DNA of 24,212 nucleotides from Sedimentisphaerales bacterium (GTDB lineage: Bacteria; Planctomycetota; Phycisphaerae; Sedimentisphaerales; SM23-30): assembly GCA_963663805.2 (NCBI GenBank), contig CAXXMR010000001.1, positions 1 to 24,212 on the forward strand, read 5' to 3'. Every line of letters starts with the position of its first letter. Positions within the stretch are counted from its first letter, which is position 1. The notes beneath the pieces were generated by a model, which did no database searches, was not told where the DNA came from, and was given only the letters and a program-made list of their open reading frames with translations. The translations under genes were made by a program, and so were the position numbers. This document shows positions 18,256 to 24,212 of this stretch, piece by piece.

Positions 18256-19425
18256 TTATTGGATCTTGTCTGGAATCTTACCGGAAACGACCATTTTGTA
18301 GAATGCGTCGAACAGGTAGGTTGCGTCATGTGGGCCCGGCGATGCTTCTGGATGATACTGTACCGCGAAGATAGGTAGTTTCTTATGAGCGATGCCTTCC
18401 AGCGTCTTATCGTTCAGGTTGATATGCGTCAGGCGAACATCGTTTTTGTTCAAAGAGTCGATGTCTACCGCGAACCCGTGATTCTGAGCGGTGATTTCCA
18501 CCCTGCCGGTATCGAGATTCATTACCGGCTGATTCCCGCCGCGATGGCCGAACTTGAGCTTGAATATTTTGCCGCCCAAAGCCTGCCCAATCAACTCCAC
18601 GCCCAGACAGATGCCGAACATGGGAATTTCCTTCTTAATCAGATGCTTGATAGTGTCAATGGTATAAACAATCGGGTCCGGGTCGCCCGGCCCGTTGCTT
18701 ACGAACACGCCCGCTGGTTTATGTTCCATAATTTCCTCGACGCTCGCTTTGGCCGGCAGTACAACAACTTCAAACCCGGCTTCGATGAGATTGCGGCTGA
18801 TATTTTGTTTCAAACCACAGTCAAAAGCCACCAACTTATGTTTTTTGCGGTCCTTACGGGTGGAATCCAGCACGATAGGCCCGGCGAATCGCGATTCGTA
18901 ACCTTTTTCCCAGGGGCGTGGTTGCGTGCAGCTTACTTCTTTTACCAGGTCGATCCCCACCAGCCCGGAAGAGCCAGCAGCCAGCTTGACCAGTGCCGCG
19001 TCCGAGTATTTCTCTTCGGTGCTGAGAATACCTTTCATGGCCCCGTCGATACGCAGCTTGCGGGTCAGGGCACGGGTGTCAATATCAGAGATTCCGATAA
19101 CATTATGGGATTTGAGGTACTCTGCTAGTGACTCATCAGCCCGAAAATTACTGTATTTATGCGCTATTTCTCGGACTATAAACCCCGCCACCTGAATTTT
19201 TTCCGACTCCATATCTTCCGAGCAGATACCATAGTTGCCCATCATGGGGTAGGTCATGGTCACGATTTGCTTGCGATAACTAGGGTCGGTCAGTATCTCC
19301 TGGTAACCGGTCATGCTAGTATTGAAAACGACCTCGCCGTCGGTGGTTCCCTGGGCTCCGAAGCTGTTACCAGCCATTACCGTTCCATCCTCAAGAGCCA
19401 GTCTGGCGCTGCTGTTATGCGTCAT
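18256..19425 (-). CDS. carA: Carbamoyl-phosphate synthase small (glutaminase) subunit
   Basis: GEVVFNTSMTGYQEILTDPSY, SNGPGDP, GICLG, FGHRGGNQP, AQNHGF, QYHPE. SD GAGG upstream. Confidence 0.97.
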   Translation of the reverse strand: MTHNSSARLALEDGTVMAGNSFGAQGTTDGEVVFNTSMTGYQEILTDPSYRKQIVTMTYPMMGNYGICSEDMESEKIQVAGFIVREIAHKYSNFRADESLAEYLKSHNVIGISDIDTRALTRKLRIDGAMKGILSTEEKYSDAALVKLAAGSSGLVGIDLVKEVSCTQPRPWEKGYESRFAGPIVLDSTRKDRKKHKLVAFDCGLKQNISRNLIEAGFEVVVLPAKASVEEIMEHKPAGVFVSNGPGDPDPIVYTIDTIKHLIKKEIPMFGICLGVELIGQALGGKIFKLKFGHRGGNQPVMNLDTGRVEITAQNHGFAVDIDSLNKNDVRLTHINLNDKTLEGIAHKKLPIFAVQYHPEASPGPHDATYLFDAFYKMVVSGKIPDKIQ

Positions 19426-19477
19426 GGTTCCTCACTGTGAATAAATAGTACAAAAAATCCCTTTGTTATTAAGCAAC

Positions 19478-19586
19478 TCGGCATTCTCTGCCGATACTTC
19501 TTTCAGGCTGTGGGTCTGCCGGCTTTTGCCGGATACAGCCTGGCTTGAAGGGTCCGGGTTACGGCGAACTCGGATCCTCTTTTTTT
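19478..19586 (+). ncRNA. Candidate structured RNA: three hairpins ending in an intrinsic terminator
   Basis: TCGGCA/TGCCGA (19478-19494); CAGGCTGT/ACAGCCTG enclosing CCGGC-TTTT-GCCGG (19504-19542); GGGTCCGGGTT/AACTCGGATCC (19550-19577) then T7. No known family recognised. Confidence 0.4.
19550..19586 (+). terminator. Intrinsic terminator, + strand
   Basis: 11-bp stem with two G-U pairs, loop ACGGCG, followed by TC and TTTTTTT (19580-19586). Confidence 0.7.
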
Positions 19587-19641
19587 ATGCGCCGATTATC
19601 AGCACGTCCATTGCCGAAATCTTCACATCCAAAGTCGTTAG

Positions 19642-19670
19642 ATGCTATTAGCCCCGGCCCTAAAAATCAA
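19642..19670 (-). promoter_or_regulatory. Putative sigma70 promoter of carA (implies a ~210-nt leader)
   Basis: Minus strand TTGATT (19670-19665), 17-nt spacer, TAGCAT (19647-19642). Confidence 0.5.
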
Positions 19671-19985
19671 TTAAAATCCCCGATTCCCTAACCTGACCTC
19701 CCTGATACAGTTATCGGAACACGTTTCAATGAAATGGGTCAGGCAATGTTGACCTGAAGCAACGTCTGGTTTTTCTTGGCATTTTTAGGTAAGTGTCTTT
19801 TTGACAGTAGGTTATGCTTGATTAGGCCCTTTTTGGGGTTTGGTTGTTTCGGACGGTCAACAGGGGGGCTGGGCAGAAGAACAATTTGCAGAACGATTTC
19901 TTTGAAAAAAACCATACATAAAGACTTGTAGATAATGGCGTTATAGTAATTACATTGAATTCTGGGGTATTGTTGGTTAAATTAC

Positions 19986-20001
19986 TGGTATCGTTTTTGC
20001 T
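19986..20001 (+). promoter_or_regulatory. Sigma54 (RpoN) -24/-12 promoter
   Basis: TGGTATCGTTTTTGCT matches TGGCAC-N5-TTGCW with exact GG-N10-GC spacing, ~90 nt before the activator gene. Confidence 0.7.
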
Positions 20002-20092
20002 GGTTTTACTGCCGAGAGAGTGTCGGTCACAGTGTGGCTGAAGGGTTGAGAAGTTGTTGTAAGCTGACGGTCGTTCCGGCCTGAAGCGGAGA

Positions 20093-21559
20093 GTGAGAGA
20101 GTTACGTTTGCAGAGACGTTCTGAAGTTACGTCGTTTGTGGCTGTGGTGACAGTTCAGGCGGATGTTGTTGTGCAAATTACCGCGATGGTAGGTCCTGAG
20201 CTGGCTGAGCAGGTGGTTTTACGCACGGTTTCCCGTCGGGAGCTTTCGCACACCCGCTGCCAGCCCGCGGTGGTTGTCTTGCATCTTGCCAGCCCGCACG
20301 GTCGGGTCGGTCAGGCTGAGTCGTTCCCCGAACTGATGGAGACTCTCGGCTATCTGAGGGGGGTTTCGCCTGCCAGTCAGGTCATTCTGTTAGCTGAGCG
20401 TAATCTTAACGTGCAGGAAAGTTGCCAGGCGGTAGTAGGCGGGGTCGCCGGTATCGTTAATCTTCAGGATGCCGACGCTGCCAAATATCTTCGCGAGCAT
20501 ATCCAAAGTTCTTTGCGCTATCACTCCGAATTGAAATATCGCCAAGCCGGTCAGTTTGAGCACCCCGGTCGGGAGTTCGGCCTAATCGGCACCAGCCAGA
20601 CGCTTCGTACTGCTATACAGCAGGCCCGTCAGGCGGCACGAGTATCGGATGCCCCCGTGATAATTACCGGAGAATCAGGGACAGGAAAACAGTTGATAGC
20701 CGAGATGATACACCGTCTCGATAATAAACGTTCCCAGAGACCTTTCGTCAGTGTCAACTGCGCCGCCATTACCGGTACGTTGGCTGAAAGTGCTTTGTTC
20801 GGCCATGTCAAAGGCGCTTTTACCGGCGCTACAGATGACCGTCCCGGATATTTCCGCGCTGCCCAGGGTGGTACAATCATGCTGGACGAAATTGGCGAAC
20901 TCAGCGGTGAGTTACAGCCCAAGGCTCTGCGTCTGCTCCAGGAAGGTTTAGTTATGCCCGTCGGCAGCGACCGCGAATATGAAGTTGATGTGCGGGTGAT
21001 TGGCGCGACTAATCGCGATTTAGCTCAGATGGTCGAGCAGGGGCAGTTCCGTCTCGATTTATTTCAGCGTCTTAATGTAATTCATTTGTCATTGCCTTCA
21101 CTTCGCGAACGCAGTGAGGACATTCCGCTGCTGTTCGAGTCTTTCCTGGAAAAATACGCTCATTATTATCCCGGCCGTATCGAGCAGGTTGATGCCGGGG
21201 TTTATGAAGTATTGGCCCGGTCGGTAGGGCAGGGAAATATTCGCGAGCTGGAAAATATAGTTCGTCAGGTGCTGGTCTTCAAGGAAGGAGGCAGCCGCAT
21301 CGGTATGGCTGATTTACCCCGAACCGTGATTGAAGGTTCACTCGCCAGCGAGATGCCCACGGCGGGACGCTTGCCCGATGAAGCCGCCGAACAGGTCTGG
21401 GCAGGCCGCAAAGACCTTTGTCAAGCCGTGGACGAATATGAACGTCTGATTCTCCAGCGACTCATCTCCCGCGGCGCCAGTCGCTCAGACATCGCTCAGC
21501 GTCTGGGAGTAACTCGTCGCACCCTCTACAACAAACTGCAAAAACACGGCCTGTGTTGA
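20093..21559 (+). CDS. Sigma54-dependent transcriptional activator (NtrC/Fis family) with degenerate receiver-like N-domain
   Basis: GESGTGK, ESALFGHVKGAFTGA, MLDEIGE, RVIGATNRDL, GNIRELEN, C-terminal HTH (IAQRLGVTRRTLYNKL). GTG start uncertain. Confidence 0.92.
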   Translation: MRELRLQRRSEVTSFVAVVTVQADVVVQITAMVGPELAEQVVLRTVSRRELSHTRCQPAVVVLHLASPHGRVGQAESFPELMETLGYLRGVSPASQVILLAERNLNVQESCQAVVGGVAGIVNLQDADAAKYLREHIQSSLRYHSELKYRQAGQFEHPGREFGLIGTSQTLRTAIQQARQAARVSDAPVIITGESGTGKQLIAEMIHRLDNKRSQRPFVSVNCAAITGTLAESALFGHVKGAFTGATDDRPGYFRAAQGGTIMLDEIGELSGELQPKALRLLQEGLVMPVGSDREYEVDVRVIGATNRDLAQMVEQGQFRLDLFQRLNVIHLSLPSLRERSEDIPLLFESFLEKYAHYYPGRIEQVDAGVYEVLARSVGQGNIRELENIVRQVLVFKEGGSRIGMADLPRTVIEGSLASEMPTAGRLPDEAAEQVWAGRKDLCQAVDEYERLILQRLISRGASRSDIAQRLGVTRRTLYNKLQKHGLC

Positions 21560-21587
21560 TTTGCGTGGTAGTTCGGATGAGTGAGGT

Positions 21588-22229
21588 ATGATGAATACCA
21601 GGCGCGTTAGAATACTTTCGTTGCTGATACCGTATGCAGCGGTTCTGGTCGGCTTAAATATTTTTCACTGTGCCTGGCTGGCATTGGGTCTATACCATCT
21701 TGGGATGTTGGTCATAATTCTGCTTTTCGGCAGTACGAAGGAATTACTCAAAAAATTTCTAAAGGGATGGGACGCACATTGGGCTGTTGCAATGGTGGTA
21801 ATGCCCGCCCTGATTATCCCTCTGTTTCTGATATTTTGGAAATACATGCGGGTGGGAAGCGTAGATCTGGATAGTCTTCTAGTTGACTTTGGTCTGAAAG
21901 GATGGCTGTGGGGGGGCTTTATGATATATTTTTCAACAGTCCAGCCCCTAATTGAGGAATTATTCTGGCGCGGCCATCTTCTTGGTAAACATCAATTGCT
22001 TTGTGTAGAGGACTTTGCTTTTGCTGGTTATCATATTCTTGTACTGGCTTGGTTCTTATCCTGGCCTTGGTTGCTTTTGGCGTTTGTGTCACTCGTTTTA
22101 GTAGCTTTAATCTGGCGGCATCTGGCCATACGGCTTAGTGGCCTAGCAGTTCCTTTAGTGTCCCATATAACAGCAGATGTAAGTATTATAGCTATTGCGT
22201 ATTTGTTGCGCAGTCAGACCGGATCCTGA
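21588..22229 (+). CDS. CPBP (CAAX protease/Abi) family intramembrane glutamic endopeptidase
   Basis: Multi-TM protein with EELFWRG, FAGYH and SHITAD motifs (EExxxR, FxxxH, HxxxD/N). Confidence 0.85.
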   Translation: MMNTRRVRILSLLIPYAAVLVGLNIFHCAWLALGLYHLGMLVIILLFGSTKELLKKFLKGWDAHWAVAMVVMPALIIPLFLIFWKYMRVGSVDLDSLLVDFGLKGWLWGGFMIYFSTVQPLIEELFWRGHLLGKHQLLCVEDFAFAGYHILVLAWFLSWPWLLLAFVSLVLVALIWRHLAIRLSGLAVPLVSHITADVSIIAIAYLLRSQTGS

Positions 22230-22272
22230 TGCGAAATCCAGACATAACGATAGCAACAGGCCAAATAACCTG

Positions 22273-22857
22273 TTAAGCTTTCTCTATCGTCGCCAGCAGG
22301 GCTTCAATAGTTTTAATATCTTTGGGGATGTGAACGGTAATGAACTCGCCGCTTTCAATCATGCTATAAGCATGGTCCAGCACCCCGTCAAAGAGGATTG
22401 TATCGTCCTGATTGAGCGTGTAATCCTCGCCCTCCAGTCGCAGACTCACCGACCCGCTGATGACATAGCACATTTCGTGGCAGTCCTCGTGCAGTTCCAT
22501 AACATGGACTTTTTCGCCGGATTTGGCCCGGACACGAATGAGCTTACCTTTATCGAACCGAGCGACCTTGAGGTTTTCCAGGCCGGTCTGACGGAATTTT
22601 GATTTGGACTTGTCAACCGGCTGAGCCCGGCGAACCTGCACCAGCCTTCTTTCTGCCAGACCCAGAAGGTCGCTGGCTGATAGCTCCAGAACCCCCGCGA
22701 TAGCGTCCAGAGTCTTCATCGACGGCAGAGATTTGCCAGTCTCCACCGACGCTACGGTGGGGTAGGTCACCCCCGCCATAAAAGCCAACCGTTCCAGAGT
22801 CAGGCCTTGTCTTTTTCTTAAACCTCTGATTACACCAAAGTTATATTTGCTGAACAT
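22273..22857 (-). CDS. XRE-family HTH transcriptional regulator with C-terminal cupin domain
   Basis: LRKRQGLTLERLA...VETGKSLPSMKTLDAIA HTH; cupin HEDCHEMCYVISG...DTILFDGVLDHAY. ATG 22857 follows GAGGGA (ORF track starts at 22905). Confidence 0.9.
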   Translation of the reverse strand: MFSKYNFGVIRGLRKRQGLTLERLAFMAGVTYPTVASVETGKSLPSMKTLDAIAGVLELSASDLLGLAERRLVQVRRAQPVDKSKSKFRQTGLENLKVARFDKGKLIRVRAKSGEKVHVMELHEDCHEMCYVISGSVSLRLEGEDYTLNQDDTILFDGVLDHAYSMIESGEFITVHIPKDIKTIEALLATIEKA

Positions 22858-23073
22858 GGACGGTCCCTCTTTTTTTGCGGTTCCGGTACATCCCCCGTAT
22901 AACATAAGGGACTATATTTGACAAAGAAAATTTAACGGTTTCTGATAAAAAACTGATGTCGGAACGCATAGTCCGGGCTGTGCAAGCAATTGTTTAGTCT
23001 CTTACAAATGAAATTTTGCGCAAAATGGCCACAATTTACCAGAGCCGCGTACGTAAGTAAGCGGCGCCGTTGA

Positions 23074-23175
23074 AAATCCGTGTCATCCGCGGTTAATTTT
23101 TTTCGTTGTTTGTGTTGTTCTGAATTTTGAGTTTAGAATTTGTTCAGGATTTAGAATTTAGTACTTATGGGTTTC
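23074..23175. repeat. Degenerate short tandem repeats (9-nt period ATCCG pair; ~7-nt period TTTAGAA-like tract)
   Basis: ATCCGTGTC-ATCCGCGG at 23076-23092. TTTAGAATTT at 23132-23141 and 23150-23159, within TTTTGAGTTTAGAATTTGTTCAGGATTTAGAATTTAGTACTT. Confidence 0.55.
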
Positions 23176-23310
23176 CCGTTTACCTGGGTTAGGGAAAACA
23201 TGTTGAAGAAGTGTGCTTTTTCCGACTTGTCGGGCACCTGAAACTACCACAATGGGGAAGTTCCCTGCGAATTGCATAAGTCTATTTGTGATAATTCTAT
23301 CTTTATACAT
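23158..23310 (-). pseudogene. Truncated N-terminus of an AAA_14/DUF4143-type ATP-binding protein
   Basis: Hand translation: MYKDRIITNRLMQFAGNFPIVVVSGARQVGKSTLLQHVFPNPGKRETHKY*. Walker A GARQVGKS in the family-typical position, then a stop after 50 aa. Below the ORF-track length cut-off. Confidence 0.8.
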
Positions 23311-23471
23311 ACTTGAATTGTGGTGTTGTGGTCATCAGAAATCAAGAAAAATGGTGGCACGCTCTATATTATCAAAAAAAAAAAAACGGTCTGACTCCAG
23401 TATGCCTTACCTCTATTACTAAATTACCAGGCTTTGACGCGGCGTCCGATAATAATCAGGTTTCTTTTGAT

Positions 23472-23506
23472 AAAAAAAAGCCCGCCGACATATTGCCGAC
23501 GAGCTT
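23472..23506 (-). terminator. Intrinsic terminator after tRNA-Leu
   Basis: Minus strand AAGCTCGTCGGC-AATAT-GTCGGCGGGC followed by T8. Confidence 0.85.
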
Positions 23507-23511
23507 ATTCC

Positions 23512-23597
23512 TGCCCAGGAGAGGATTCGAACCTCCACAGGGTATTAACCCTACCAGGCCCTCAACCTGGCGCGTCTGCCAGTTCCGCCACCTGGGC
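23512..23597 (-). tRNA. tRNA-Leu(GAG), CCA not encoded
   Basis: Acceptor GCCCAGG/CCTGGGC+A, D-loop GGAACTGGCAGAC, anticodon arm CCAGG-TTGAGGG-CCTGG, long variable arm, T-loop GGTTCGAATCC. Confidence 0.97.
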
Positions 23598-23608
23598 ATA
23601 TTTACTTT

Positions 23609-24212
23609 TTATATCTTGCCCACGATTAAAGCGGCATTGTGTCCGCCGAAACCGAAGGAGTTGCTCATAGCATAGCGGACTTCCGCTTGGCGTGCAACCT
23701 TGGGCGTATAATCCAAATCGCATTCCGGGTCGGGACAATCATGATTAATTGTCGGCGGAATCAGATTGTTATGAACAGCCATTGAGCTGGCTATCAGCTC
23801 TACCCCGCCGCTGGCACCGAGAAGGTGTCCCAGATGGCTTTTGGTACTGCTGATGGCGACTTTGTAAGCCGCATCGCCCATAGCTGACTTGATAGCGTGT
23901 GTCTCGCCGGAATCATTCAACTCGGTACTGGTCCCGTGAGCGTTGATATAATCAATGTCCTCCGGGTTCAGTTTTGCATCTTTCATCGCCAGAGTCATTG
24001 CCCGGGCTGCACCCTTGCCGTCGGGGTCCGGGGCGGTGATATGGCTGGCGTCGCAGGTCATGCCAAAACCCAGCAGTTCCGCGTAAATGTGAGCGCCGCG
24101 GGATTTAGCGGCTTCATATTCTTCCAGCACAACGATGCCGCTGCCTTCGCTGAGGACAAAACCGTCACGATCCTTATCAAAAGGCCGAGACGCTCTTTCC
24201 GGCTCATCATTG
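23609..24212 (-). CDS. fabF: Beta-ketoacyl-ACP synthase II, 3' part (gene runs off the window)
   Basis: The frame stays open to the window edge: [52 protein letters not shown]. Confidence 0.95.
   Translation of the reverse strand, partial: NDEPERASRPFDKDRDGFVLSEGSGIVVLEEYEAAKSRGAHIYAELLGFGMTCDASHITAPDPDGKGAARAMTLAMKDAKLNPEDIDYINAHGTSTELNDSGETHAIKSAMGDAAYKVAISSTKSHLGHLLGASGGVELIASSMAVHNNLIPPTINHDCPDPECDLDYTPKVARQAEVRYAMSNSFGFGGHNAALIVGKI

Noticed and set aside
19426..19640. PyrR attenuator or known riboswitch in the carA leader
   Set aside because: No ARUCCNGNGAGGYU box, no carA-strand terminator with U-tract, and no recognisable c-di-GMP, ZTP or ykkC core.
19463..19651. 62-aa + strand ORF across the hairpin element
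   Set aside because: TTG start with no SD, runs through a terminator, no motif.
23074..23175. CRISPR array
   Set aside because: Repeats are 7-10 nt with no spacer structure and no cas genes.
23355..23370. TGGCAC as a second sigma54 promoter
   Set aside because: The -12 TTGC element is absent (ATATT at that position).
17500..23512. Intact tRNA-anchored genomic island or prophage
   Set aside because: No integrase and no duplicated tRNA 3' end seen by eye; carA inside the span looks like a core gene.
23213..23675. Short + strand ORFs at 23213, 23313 and 23434
   Set aside because: Antisense to the ATPase remnant, the tRNA and fabF; no coding features.

Overview
A mostly housekeeping bacterial window. 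Gene content and order (purA-uppS-cdsA-phoH-7TM/HD hydrolase-ybeY-hlyC/corC-recO-bamD-like-lptE-like-ftsH) suggest a planctomycete, possibly Phycisphaerae; this is inference from synteny and protein features, not a database result. The left two-thirds holds a five-S1-domain protein (+) and a long minus-strand cluster running from purA to an HD-GYP protein and a Zn-dependent dehydrogenase. The right third is more accessory: a small membrane protein, a SlyD-like FKBP, a zinc-ribbon membrane protein, an AT-rich HigBA-type toxin-antitoxin pair, a solitary carA with a long structured leader, a sigma54 activator plus CPBP protease, an XRE-cupin regulator, tRNA-Leu(GAG) and the 3' part of fabF. The best leads are: (1) a pseudo-receiver sigma54 activator plus CPBP protease operon that has its own -24/-12 promoter; (2) a three-hairpin element in the carA leader whose terminator polarity points to an antisense (+ strand) RNA; (3) a 50-codon AAA-ATPase remnant, absent from the ORF track, cut off at short repeats just downstream of tRNA-Leu; (4) a near-identical palindrome upstream of both purA and carA; (5) a YbeY with two substituted signature residues. 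I cannot show from sequence alone that any of these is a new system.
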